A stretch of DNA of 64,000 nt, from NCBI GenBank assembly GCA_014905635.1, contig JABVCE010000014.1, positions 372,001 through 436,000 of the forward strand, written 5' to 3'. How positions within the stretch are numbered: the stretch's first letter is position 1; every line of letters begins with the position of its first letter. Below the pieces are notes generated by a model. The model worked only from the letters and a program-made list of their open reading frames with translations, did not search any database and was not told where the DNA came from. This document shows, piece after piece, positions 39,837 to 51,848 of this stretch. The position numbers and the translations under genes are program-made. The stretch is from Scenedesmus sp. PABB004 (taxonomy: Eukaryota).

Positions 39837-39951
39837 GCGCAAGATCGCGGCCGACGCGCTCGACGAGCTCGGCGACACCTCGACGCTCGCGGAGCCGGCG
39901 GTCGTGGAGCAGCTCATCGCGAGCCGGCCGCGCGTGCTCGCCAAGCTCTGA
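34484..39951 (+). CDS. ACS: Acetyl-CoA synthetase (AMP-forming), multi-exon, C-terminal PTS1 -AKL
   Basis: [77 protein letters not shown]; ends RVLAKL. Start codon is tentative. Confidence 0.95.
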
Positions 39952-40546
39952 GCGGCGCGCGCCGCGTCCGGAGGGAGGGGGGCTGGGCGCCCGGGGGATT
40001 GGGGGCGAGGGGCCGGGCGTCCGGGCGGGCCCTAGGTTGGGTGCGGCTGACTGCGCAGTTTTGGGGCGCGCGGCGCGCGGCGCGCGCCCCGGGGGGCGCA
40101 CACTCCATCCGTTCTTGGTTGTCGCGGCGCCGCGGCCCGCGTGTTGTCTCGTCGTCTGCCGCCTCTCCGCACTTGCTGCACTGCTGCTCTCCTCCCAGCC
40201 CGGCGCGGCGCGCGCGGGGGCGCCGTTTTGTGTGCGCCGCGGCGGCGCAGCCCCTCGCCGCCGCGCGCGCGGGCGCCCCCGCCGCCGCTGCGCCTTGTAC
40301 ATCGCCCCCGCAGCGCGCGCGTGTGTGTCGCCACCGTAACCGCGCCGCGGCCCTGAAACTTCGGCGCGGTGTGCCTGCCCGACCGCCGCGCCGCGAGCCG
40401 CCCCGGCGCGCGCTCCCCACATACCCCCGCCCACTCTCGGCAGCTAGCTCGCGACACGACCTCCCCGCGGCCGCGCACCCGCCCAGGCAGAGAGCGAGCA
40501 GCAGCAGCGCCGACGCGCGCCGCCACAAGCGAGCGCGCGCGCCGCG

Positions 40547-43500
40547 ATGCGCCTGCAGGCGGCTACCGGCCGGGCGGGAGCCGCCGCGGCCCCGACGCCC
40601 GCGCCGCGCGTGGCGCCCCGGCGCGCGCGCGCGGCGCCGGGGCGCGGCGCATGCGGCCGGCGCTGTGTGGTGGCCGGCGCGGCCGCTGCGGGCGCGCCCG
40701 CCGCCCCGCCGCGCCTGGGCGAGTACTACTACCGCGAGACGAGTCCCTGGCCCACGGACGTGCCCATCGTGGCGCACGACCCGGCGGAGGCGCCCGCGGT
40801 GGACCTGGTGATTGCTGGCGCCGGCCCCAGCGGCCTGGCGGTGGGCGAGCGCGTCGCGCGGGCGGGCTACAAGGTCTGCATCATCGACCCCGCGCCCCTG
40901 GGGATCTGGCCCAACAACTACGGCGTCTGGGTGGACGAGTTCGAGGCAATGGGCCTCGGCGACTGCCTCGAGGTCGTGTGGCCCAAGGCCAAGGTCTGGC
41001 TCGACAGCGGCGACATGGGCGAGAAGTGAGCGCCGCCGCCGGGCCGTGGCGCGCAATTGGGCCCGCCCCAGGCAGCGCGGGCGCCGGCGTCGCGGCGCGG
41101 CCGCCGCCGCTGCTGCGCGGCGCGCGGCGTGGCGCTGCCAGGGGGCCGCGCGCCGAGCGCCGCCCGCGCCGCGCGCCGCGCAGGTACCTGTCCCGCCCTA
41201 CGGCCGGGTGGACCGGCCGAAGCTCAAGCGCACGCTGCTGGAGCGCTGCGTCGCGGCGGGTGCGGCGCGGGCCGGCACCGCAGCGACAGGATGCTAGCTC
41301 GCTAGCAGCCTCGCCCCGCCCCGCCGCGGCGCGCCAACCCCTGCCGTGCCCCCCTCGCCCCCTGAACCCCTGCCTAGGCGTGACGTTCCTGACGGCCAAG
41401 GTCGACGGCGTGCGCCACGGCGACGGCATGTCGACGGTGAGCCTGCAGGGCAGCGACGCGAGCGTGAGCGGGCGGCTCGTGCTCGACGCGACGGGGCACA
41501 GCCGGCGGCTGGTGCAGTACGACAAGACCTTTGACCCGGGGTACCAGGGCGCGTACGGCATCATCGCGGGTGCGCGGCCGGCGCACTGGCATCGGCGCGC
41601 GCGCACTGGCGTGCGCGCGCCGGCCGCGCTTGGGCAGCGAGCAGCGGGCGGGCGGCGGGTGGCGGCGTCGCGCCGCGGCAGGGCCTCAGCCCGCGCCGCC
41701 GCGCCGGTGCTGCGTCGTGTGCGCAGAGGTTGAGAGCCACCCGTTTGACCTGGACACCATGCTCTTCATGGACTGGCGCGACGACCACCTCGCCGCCCTG
41801 CCCGCGGTCAAGGCGCGCAACGACCGCCTGCCCACCTTCCTCTACGCCATGCCCTTCACCAAGACCAAGGCGCGGCGCCGCGCCGGCGGCGGGGCGGGCA
41901 CGCTGCCGGGGCGGCGCGGCGCGGCGCGGCGCTGCGCCGCGGCGGGCACGCTGCCGGGGCTGCGCGGCGCGGGCTGCGGCGGGGCGCGCGCCAGCGCGCC
42001 CAGCTCGGGCCGCGCGCGGCGGCGGCGGCGCCAGCACCGTGACGCGCGCCCGCCGCCACGGTGTGCGTGCCCACGGTGTGTCCGCAGGTCTTCCTGGAGG
42101 AGACGTCCCTCGTCGCGCGGCCGGCGGTGGACTTTCCAGACCTCAAGGAGCGCCTCGAGGCGCGCATGGCCTGGCTCGGCATCAAGGTGCGCACCACCCG
42201 CAGCCACGGCCGACGCGCCACGGCGCCGCGCCGGCGCTGGGGTCGGCGGTGGGGGCGCGGGTGGCGGGCGGCGCGGGCCGTGGGCGGCGTGGGGCGCGCG
42301 CCTTGGCACTAGAGCTTGCCCGACTGCAGTGCACTCAGTCAAGCTTGAGTGTCAAGGCTCGCGCCCGCGCCCCGCGCCGCGCGGCCGCCGCGCCCCGCGC
42401 GCCCCGCGCCGAGCGCGCGCGAGCCCCGCGCTCGCCGCCGCCGGCGGGCCGCCCCGCCCTGCCCCGCCTCGCCCGCGCGCGCCGCCGACGCCCGCCGCCC
42501 GCCCGCCCGCCGCCCCCGCCCGCCCCCGCGCCTGGACCCGCCCACCAATGGCTCGACCGACCAAACAACCAATCAATCAATCTGCCCATCATTAAACTGA
42601 CTTGGCCAGATCAAGTCGATTGAGGAGGAGGAGTACTGCCTGATCCCCATGGGCGGCGTGCTGCCAAAGCACCCGCAGCGCGTGCTCGGCATCGGCGGCA
42701 CCGCGGGCATGGTGCACCCCTCCACCGGTGCGGGCGCGCCGCGACGCGCGGCGGCGCGCGCGCGCGCAAGGGCAGCGGGCGGGGCTGCGCGGCAGGGTGG
42801 CTCTCGCCCGGTCGCGCCGCCGCCGCCGCGTGAGCTCTGCGCCGCGCCGCCGCTGCCTCAGGGTTCATGGTCTCGCGCATGCTCGGCGTCGCGCCGACGA
42901 TCGCCGACGCCATCATCGACCAGCTCGCCGCGCCGGGGGACAAGGCCACCGCCGCGGGTGGGCGCGGCGGGCGCCGCGCGGCGGCCGGCGCGCGCGGGCC
43001 GCGGGCGCGCTGCGGCGTGCGCGCCCGCCGCGGCCCGCCCGCGCCGCCGAGCCCCGCCCCCCGCCCCGCCCCGCGCAGGCGCGCCGCCGAGCGAGGCGTC
43101 GGCCGAGTCCGCGGCGGCGGGCGTGTGGCGCGCGGCGTGGCCGGTCGAGCGGCTGCGGCAGCGCGCGTTCTTCTGCTTTGGCATGGACGTGCTGCTCAAG
43201 CTCAACCTGGCAGAGACGCGGAGCTTCTTCGCCGCCTTCTTCAGCCTCACACCCTTCCACTGGCACGGCTTCCTCTCCGCGCGCCTCGGGTTCACGCAGC
43301 TCATATGTGAGCGGGCGCCCGCAGCGCCTGCTGAGAGGGCAAGGCTGCCCCCCGCGGAGCGGCCCGCGGGCGAGCCAGCCCCCGCGCCGCCGCTCACGCC
43401 GCCGCTCGCGCCGCGCCGCAGCGTTTGGGCTGAGCCTCTTTGCCAAGAGCAGCAACCAGGCGCGCGCCGACCTGCTGGTCAAGGGCCTGCCCGGCCTGGT

Positions 43501-43771
43501 CAGCATGCTGCTGGAGCTGGCGCCCACGCTCGGCGACTATTACGGCACGAAGCAGCAGCAGCGGCAGGCCGCCGCGGCGGCGGGGGAGCAGCGGCAACAG
43601 CAGCAGCAGCAGCCGGCGGCGTCGGCGGCGGCGGCGGCGGCGGGGGAGCAGCAGCAGCAGCAGCAGCAGCAGGCGGCCGGCGCCAGCGCGCCCGCGCCCG
43701 CGGCGGCGACGCGGCAAGCCGCGCCGCCGCAGCCGGTCGGCGCGGCGGCGAGCAACGGCCGGCCGGAGTGA
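40547..43771 (+). CDS. LCYB: Lycopene beta-cyclase, plastid-targeted; apparent 1-nt deletion in exon 2
   Basis: DLVIAGAGPSG, WPNNYGVWVDEF, DATGHSR, MLFMDWRD, FLEETSLVARP, EYCLIPMGG, HPSTGFMV, FFCFGMDVLL, WHGFLS. Confidence 0.93.
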
Positions 43772-43933
43772 GCGCGCAGCGGCGGGATTGGGGCGGGACG
43801 CCGGGGGCGTATTCTTGAGCTGAGCTGCGAGATCGCGAGCCGCGACGGGCGATGGGCTTCTGCGGACTCGGCCATTGTGTTAACATCGCCCGGCCGACGA
43901 CAGGCCGACGCACCGCCAGCGCGCCGCCAGCGC

Positions 43934-45862
43934 AGCAGGCGCGCGGCGCAGCCGGCGCGCGCGCTGACGGCGGGTGGAGCCAATGCTGCTCCCTCGACAT
44001 CAGCGCGCACGCCGCTGCGCCGCTGCCGGCCCGCCGGCCCGCCCCCCGGCGCCGCCCGCACCCGCGCTCCGCCGCCGGCGTTGCGCGCGCCCCGCAGCTC
44101 TCGGCGCAGCGCAGCGGCGTGCGCGGTGGCGGTGGGCTGGCGGCCGTCACTGTCCCACACCACCGGCACCGCGCACGCCGCCGCGGTGCGCCGCGCCGCG
44201 CCGCCGCTGCTCCGCCCCCGCCCGCGCCGCAGTCCTCGGCGCGCAGCACTCGGTGCGGGCGCGCGTGCAAGTCGCGGCGCGCACGCAAGCAGGGAAGGGC
44301 GGCGACGCGGCGCGACGCCCTGCAAGCCGCAGGCAGGGCGCAACAAGCAGGCGCGCGGCGCAGCCGGCGCGCGCGCTGACGGCGGGTGGAGCCAATGCTG
44401 CTCCCTCGACATCAGCGCGCACGCCGCTGCGCCGCTGCCGGCCCGCCGGCCCGCCCCCGGCGCCGCCCGCACCCGCGCTCCGCCGCCGGCGTTGCGCGCG
44501 CCCCGCAGCTCTCGGCGCAGCGCAGCGGCGTGCGCGGTGGCGGTGGGCTGGCGGCCGTCACTGTCCCACACCACCGGCACCGCGCACGCCGCCGCGGTGC
44601 GCCGCGCCGCGCCGCCGCTGCTCTGCCCCCGCCCGCGCCGCAGTCCTCGGCGCGCAGCACTCGGCGCGGGCACGCGTGCAAGTCGCGGCGCGCACGCAAG
44701 CAGGGAAGGGCGGCGACGCGGCGCGACGCCCTGCAAGCCGCAGGCAGGGCGCAACAAGCAGGCGCGCGGCGCAGCCGGCGCGCGCGCTGACGGCGGGTGG
44801 AGCCAATGCTGCTCCCTCGACATCAGCGCGCACGCCGCGGCGCCGCTCGCCGGCCCGCCGGCCCGCCCCCCGGCGCCGCCCGCACCCGCGCTCCGCCGCC
44901 GGAGTTGCGCGCGCCCCGCAGCTCTCGGCGCAGCGCAGCGGCGTGCGCGGTGGCGGTGGGCTGGCGGCCGTCACTGTCCCACACCACCGGCACCGCGCAC
45001 GCCGCCGCGGTGCGCCGCGCCGCGCCGCCGCTGCTCCGCCCCCGCCCGCGCCGCAGTCCTCGGCGCGCAGCGCTCGGCGCGGGCGCGCGTGCAAGCCGCG
45101 GCGCGCACGCAAGCAGGGAAGGGCGGCGACGCGGCGCGACGCCCTGCAAGCCGCAGGCAGGGCGCAACAAGCAGGCGCGCGGCGCAGCGGCGCGCGCGCT
45201 GACGGCGGGTGGAGCCAATGCTGCTCCCTCGACATCAGCGCGCACGCCGCGGCGCCGCTCGCCGGCCCGCCGGCCCGCCCCCCGGCGCCGCCCGCACCCG
45301 CGCTCCGCCGCCGGCGTTGCGCGCGCCCCGCAGCTCTCGGCGCAGCGCAGCGGCGTGCGCGGTGGCGGTGGGCTGGCGGCCGTCACTGTCCCACACCACC
45401 GGCACCGCGCACGCCGCCGCGGTGCGCCGCGCCGCGCCGCCGCTGCTCCGCCCCCGCCCGCGCCGCAGTCCTCGGCGCGCAGCGCTCGGCGCGGGCGCGC
45501 GTGCAAGCCGCGGCGCGCACGCAAGCAGGGAAGGGCGGCGACGCGGCGCGACGCCCTGCAAGCCGCAGGCAGGGCGCAACAAGCAGGCGCGCGGCGCAGC
45601 GGCGCGCGCGCTGACGGCGGGTGGAGCCAATGCTGCTCCCTCGACATCAGCGCGCACGCCGCGGCGCCGCTCGCCGGCCCGCCGGCCCGCCCCCCGGCGC
45701 CGCCCGCACCCGCGCTCCGCCGCCGGCGTTGCGCGCGCCCCGCAGCTCTCGGCGCAGCGCAGCGGCGTGCGCGGTGGCGGTGGGCTGGCGGCCGTCACTG
45801 TCCCACACCACCGGCACCGCGCACGCCGCCGCGGTGCGCCGCGCCGCGCCGCCGCTGCTCCG
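43934..45862. repeat. Tandem array of about 4.7 near-identical 411-412 bp units
   Basis: GTGGAGCCAATGCTGCTCCCTCGACATCAGC recurs at 43974, 44386, 44797, 45209 and 45621. Confidence 0.97.
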
Positions 45863-46423
45863 GCCGCCCGCCCGCGCCCGCACCTGCGCAAATCAGCCGC
45901 CGTGCGCTGGCCGGCGCGCATGGGATCGCAGATGCAGTGCCTCGGCGCGCCGCGCTCGGCGCGCGAAGCCTCGGGCGCGAGAGGGCAGCGCGGCGCAGCG
46001 GCGCCGCTGCGCGCCGGCGGCGGCCCGGCTCTTCATCCGCCCCAAGCATCGGTGGCCCGGTCAGGCGGCCGAACGAAGCGCGGGGCCCGTGCGTTCTGCC
46101 GCCGTCACGCGTCGTATTGACGGCGGCGCACGAACGCAGCGCGGCAGCCGCCGCGGCCCAACACCACCTGCAGAAAGTGCAGCACCGCCACCCGCAGCAG
46201 CAGGGGGCGGCGCCCGACGCGAAACCGATCCAGCTGTCGCTGCCGCTGCCGCAGCAGCAGCGCTGCGCTGCCCGAGCCACACCTTGCCGCCACAGCGCAC
46301 CGCGAGCTCGTGAGCGTGAAGCGGGGCGTGCGACGCTCGTACCAGGCGGGCGGGCGGCGGAGGGGGCCCCCGGCAGCAGCGGCGGCGCCTCCGGCGGCAG
46401 CGGCCGCGCCGGCGCGAGCCGCG

Positions 46424-49400
46424 ATGGAGCCCCACGCGGCGGCCGTCGAGGGCGCCCTGCACGTGGCCCCCACGGACGCGCTGCTGTTCGTCATCACCTG
46501 CATCCTCATCGGTGCGGCGGCGCGAGCAGCGCGCGCAGCGCACGAGCGGCGGCTGACGCAGCCGGGCGCGTCTCTCGAGCCGAGCGGGCTGAGCCTCGGT
46601 CGAGTCTCTCCAGCTGGCTGAGCCGCGTCGCGCGCCGCCGCCCCACGCGTCGCCCGCGCAGGCATCGCCACAAAGTTCTTCCTCGGCCGCCTGCCCATCC
46701 CCTACACTGCGATCCTGCTCATCTTTGGCCTCGCCATCGGCCTCCTCCAGGGCGCGGGGCCGCAGACGCACGCGTTCACCGCCACGCTCAGCCAGTGGAT
46801 GGTGTGCGACGCCGCGCGGCGGCGCCGGCAGCGCCGGCAGCGCCCGCGGCCCGAGGCCCCGCCGCGGCCGCCGCCGGCCCCTAAACCCTCAACCGCTTGC
46901 CCGCGCCAGGCCATCGACCCGCACCTGCTGCTCCTCATCTTCTTGCCCACCATCGGCTTCAGTGCGGCACTGGGGCAGGAGCCCCACCTGCTGCGCAAGA
47001 ACTGGGGCCAGGCGCGCCGCGCCGCGCCGCGCCGCCGCGTGCGCCGCCGCCCCTCCGTGCGCGTCGCCCCGCACGCCACCCGCCGACAACGCCCACGCCG
47101 CCGGCACACGCACCCCCCCCCCACACACACACACAAACACGCGCAGATCCTGCTCCTCGCCTGGCCGGGCGTGGTGGTCAACTTCCTGCTCATTGCTCTG
47201 TGCGCCAAGTTTTTTTTCCCGTACCGGTGGACCTGGCCCATGGCGCTGCTCTTCGGGGCGATGCTCTCCGCGACAGACCCCGTCGCGGTCGTGGCGGTGC
47301 TGCACGAGGCGCGGCGGCACATGCGCGCGCGCGCGCTCGGCGCCGCGCCGCCGCTCTGCCGCCGCCGCCGCCTGGCCGCCGCCGCCGGCCTCACGCGCCA
47401 GCGCTGCCCGGCCGACCCCGTGCTGCCCGCCCCGCCCCGTCCCACCAGGTGGGCGCGGACGAGAAGCTGGCGAGCGTCATCGATGGGGAGAGGTGGGACT
47501 CAGGGGGGCGCTGGGACCGCCGGCGCGGCGCCGGGCCTGCTGCTCGCGGCCCGCTGCTCGCGGCCTGCGCGCACGCGCGCCCGCCCCGCCCGCGCCGGCC
47601 CACCGCCCGCCCACGCGCTGCCGCCGCGGCGCCCCCGCAGCCTGGTCAACGACGGCTCGGCGCTGGTGATCTTCCTGGTCCTGCAGCAGTTTGTGCAGGG
47701 CGCGAGCCTCAACGCGGGCCAGGTGCGCAGCGCCCCGTTGCTGTCTCCCGCGCGCTCGTGCACGCCCGCTCACTCTCAGCCCCTTCGTCCCGTCCCCCGT
47801 CCCCGTCCCCGGCGGCGCCCCGCGGCAGATCGTGGTGCTCTTTGTGCGCCTCGCCGTCGTGGGCGCGGCGATGGGCCTCGCGTTTGGCCTGATCACCTCC
47901 TTCTGGCTCTCACGCATCTTCAACGACGCCGGGTGCGGCCGGGGCGGGGAGGCGGCCCCAACGAGGGGAGCGGGGGCGGCAGACGCCTCGCCGCGCCGTG
48001 CGCCGCGCGCCGCGCCGCGCCCCCTGACGGCGCCGCGCCGTTCCTGCCCGCCGCCCCGCGCCCCTCCTCCGTTGACTGCCAATGACTGCCAATGCTCCAT
48101 TGACTGCCATTGACTCCCACAAGGCTGGAGATCATTCTCACCTTTGGCGCCGCCTACAGCTGCTACTGGGTCAGCGAAGAGGTGGGCCGAGCGAGGAGAG
48201 GGCCGGCGCTGCGTGCCGACCCCGCGCCGCGCGCCGACCCTCAGCTCGGCAGCGCGCGCACCCATGGCGCCCGCCGCCGCCCGCCGCCACCGCCGCCGCC
48301 GCAGCTGCTGGGCGCGTCCGGGCTGCTCGCGGTGGTGGTAATGGGTTTCAGCATGAGCCTGCTGGGTGAGGCCCACATGCTCATGCGCACGCGGCGCTGC
48401 GGCGCGCCCGGCGCCTCCTCGCGCGGCACGCGCCGCCCTCCTCCCCGCGCGCGCGCCCGCCCACGCTCCCGCGCTCGCATTGCGGTGCGGCGCGCGCCCC
48501 CGCGCGCAGGCGGGCGCCAGATCGCGAGCCGGGTCAAGACCGAGATGCATGCGTTCTGGTCAGCCCTCGAGTGGCTGGCCAACACCATGCTCTTCATATG
48601 GGTCGGCGTCGCACTCGGCCTCGTGCTGCCCCCGGGTGCGCCGCGCTGCGCGTGACGCGTGTGTGCTGCCCGCACGGCGCGGCGGCGGCGGCGGTCGCGC
48701 GGGCGCGGGCGCCGCGCCCGAGCCGCCGCGCCGCGCCGCCGCGCCGCAGTGCCGTCGCACCCGTCGCTGCAGATGGAGGTGCGGGGCCGCCGCCGCGCGT
48801 CCCGCGCTCCCTCTCGCCTGCCCCGCCTCACCTGGCCCCGCCGCCGCCTGCCCCCTCTCACCCGCAGGTCGATTTCACCGCCTACCTCACCCCCGCTGAT
48901 GCCGGCTGGGCGGTCGTGCTCTACCTCTGGCTCCTGGTGCGCGTGTTTGTGAGGTCTTTGCTTGGCCGCCGAGCTGCCTGTGGGCCCGCCTCGGGGCTCG
49001 GCGCGCGTCGCCGCCCCCGCCGGGCCCAGCCCAGCCCGCGCCGCGCGGCGGCCGCCGGCGAGTGCCCACGCGTGCCGCGCTCCACGCCACGCGCGCCGCC
49101 GCAGGTCGCGCGTGCCGCGTCGGTGGGCGTGCTGTACCCGCTGCTCTCCAGCGGGCGCGTGGGCTACGCGATGACGCCGCAGTCGGCCGCCGTCATGGTC
49201 TGGGCGGGCCTGCGCGGCGCGGTCGGCGGTGCGCCCGCGCCTGCCGCAGCCTCGCGCGCCGCGCCCGCGCGCGCGCGCCGCCATGCTGGCGCCGTCCCTC
49301 GCCCCCCCCCCCCCCCCACACACACACACGCACACGCACACGTCGCCCTGCCCCGACCCTCCGCCCCATCAGTCGCCATGAGCCTCTTCATCCTTTTCGA

Positions 49401-51848
49401 CCCCCTGATCACCAGTGACGAGTACAAGGTGCGGGCGCGGCGCGCGGCGCTGTGCGTGTGCCTGCGCGACGTGCGTGCCTGGGCGTGCCGAGCGCGGCGC
49501 GCACCGCGCCGCTGCGCTGTGCTGTGCAGAGGCAGCGCCCGGCCGCACCGCCCGCCGCCCCCCTCGTCCCGCCACCCCGCACTCCCACCAGGCGCACTGC
49601 GTCTTCCACATGGCGATCATGGCCTTTGCCACGGTGAAAGGGCGCCGCGCGAGAGGCCGCCGGCGGCGGCGGCGACCCGCCGCGCCGCGCTGACCGCCGC
49701 GCCGCGCGCCGGCCCCGCCCGCGCGCACCCCTCGTCGCGCGCACCACCCTGCCCCACCCCCCCCCCCCCCTCCTCCCCGGGTTGATGGCCAGGTGCTCAT
49801 CAACGGCAGCACCACCAAGTATGTGCTGCGCGGCCTCGGCCTGCTGCGCCCCACGCCGCAGCAGGTCGCGGTGCTGGAGCACGTGCTGCAGGCGCGCGCC
49901 GCGCCGCGCGCGCGGCGCCCGGGCCCGGCCCGCCGCGCGGCCTCGCGCTTGCGCCCGCGCCCGCGCCTGCACTCACAGCATTGGCATGCGCGCTCACACG
50001 CATGCACTCACTCACACCCTTCGCCCCCTCACTCCCCCGCCCTCTCGCGCCCCACGCAACCAACAGGAGGTTGACGACATCCGGGACACCCAGCTCGCCC
50101 ACCTCGCGAGCCAGCCCGACCCCGTGCTCGGCGCGCCGCTGCCGGCCGCGGTGCGCGCGTGGACGAGCATCGGCGCGCGGCAGAGCCTCGCGGCGCTGCG
50201 CGGCCGCCTGCGCCGCACGGACGCCGCCAGCGAGCGCCGCGGCGGCGGCCGGCGCGGCAGCAGCCTGCGCGGCGGCGGCTCGGCGCGCGCGGCGGCGGCG
50301 GACGAGGCGCTGTCAGGCAAGGGCGCGCTGCAGTTGGCGGCCGAATACCGGCGCCGCCTGCTCGCGGTGGCCAAGGCGACCTACGGTGCGCGGCCTGCGG
50401 CGGCGGCGCGCCGCGCTCCGCTCCCTCCCTCGCCGGGGCCGCCCGCGCGCGCACCCCCGACCCCGTGCGCCCGCGGCGATCCGTCCCCTCTCCTCATCCC
50501 CCCCCCCCACACACACACCCCCCGCCGCCGCCGCCCCGGCCGGGCGCCAGGCGAGCTGTATCAGCACTTTGAGCTGCGCACGTCGGAAATCGGGCTGCTG
50601 CAGGAGGCCACCGACGTGGCGCTCGACTGCGTCACCACCGCGGAGGAGGCGCTGGAGCGCGGCGGCGGCGCCGCCGACCCGGGCAATGCTGCGCCGTTTG
50701 ACCCCGAGAGCCTGCGCGGCGGCGGGCTGACCGACTGGGCGGAGCTGCGCGCGCGGCTCGACGCGCCGGGCCTGCCCGACCGGCTCGCACGCGCGTGCGC
50801 GTGCCTGCCGGCGTCCGCGACGCGCGGCGCGCTGCAGCAGCAGGTGCGCGCGCGGCTGCAGCGCTGCTGCGCGCCGCATGGCGCGGCGCCGCCCCGCCCG
50901 CGCCCGCCCGTCGCGCTGAACCGCCCGCCCGCCCGCGCACCCCGCAGGCGTCTGCCAGGCTCGCGCTCGTGTCGGCGTTTGTCAAGGCCCACACCGCGGC
51001 GCAGGGGCTCGTGCACACGCACCTCGCCGGCCTCGCTGCCGGCGGCGGCGGCGGCAAGGGCGATGACGCCCCGCATGGCGGTGGCGGCGGCGGCGGCGCG
51101 GACGCGGAGGCCGCGCGCACCGTGCTGGAGGAGAGCCGGGCCGAGGTCGCGGCGGCGACGGCCTACGCCAACGAGGCGCGCACGCGCCGCTGCCGCCGCC
51201 GCCAGCGGGGGCGACAGCAGCCCCCGCGCAGGCCTCCCCGCCCCCGGCGCCGCCCCGTGCAACCCGTGCTTGACCCCCGATCGCCCCCGCGCCGCCGCAG
51301 GTGCTGCTGCCTGCGCACCCGGGGCTGTCGGGTCTGCTCATGTCGCGCTACGTCGCCGTCAAGGTGCTGGAGGAGCAGGTCGACTTCCTGAGCACCATCG
51401 AACACGCCGGTGCGCGCGCCGCCGGCGCCGCCGCCGCCGCCTCGCCGGCCCTGCCTCCGCCGCCGCCCGCAAGGCCCTCCGCTGGATTTCGGCCGACCCC
51501 CCGCCGCGCGCCGCGCGCGCGCATCCTGCCGCCGCCGCCGCCGCCGCCGCCGCGCTGCCAGGCCTGGTCAAGGGCGAGGAGATCCACAAGGTCCAGCACG
51601 CGGTGAACGCGCGGCTCGAGCAGCTCCACGGCCGCGCGCAGTACCACGTCCCGCCGCGGCCGGCGCCGCCGCCGGGGCTCGCGGCCGCGCTGTCTGGCCG
51701 GCGCGGGCGCGGCGCGGACGCCGACGCGGACGGCGCGGGCGGCGAGCGCGGCGGGGGCGACGCGCAGCGCCCGGGCGCGCACACGCTCAACTACCTGGCC
51801 TCCCTGCGCCGCCGCGCGCCCGCCGCCGCGCCTACGGCGGCGCCGTGA
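46424..51848 (+). CDS. CPA1 Na+/H+ antiporter, SOS1/NHX7-8-like, multi-exon
   Basis: IPYTAILL, IDPHLLLLIFLP, LLLAWPGV, LSATDPVAVVAVL, IDGESLVNDGSA, GASGLLAVV, HAFWSALEWLANT, WAGLRGAVA, LINGSTT; stop at 51846-48. Confidence 0.9.

Noticed and set aside
43934..45862. CRISPR array or hammerhead retrozyme interpretation of the tandem array
   Set aside because: No unique spacers, eukaryotic context, and no CUGANGA plus GAAA core on either strand.
48070..48118. AT-richer TGACTGCCA(A/T) repeats in an antiporter intron
   Set aside because: Short 10-bp minisatellite with no C/D boxes, guide or stem.
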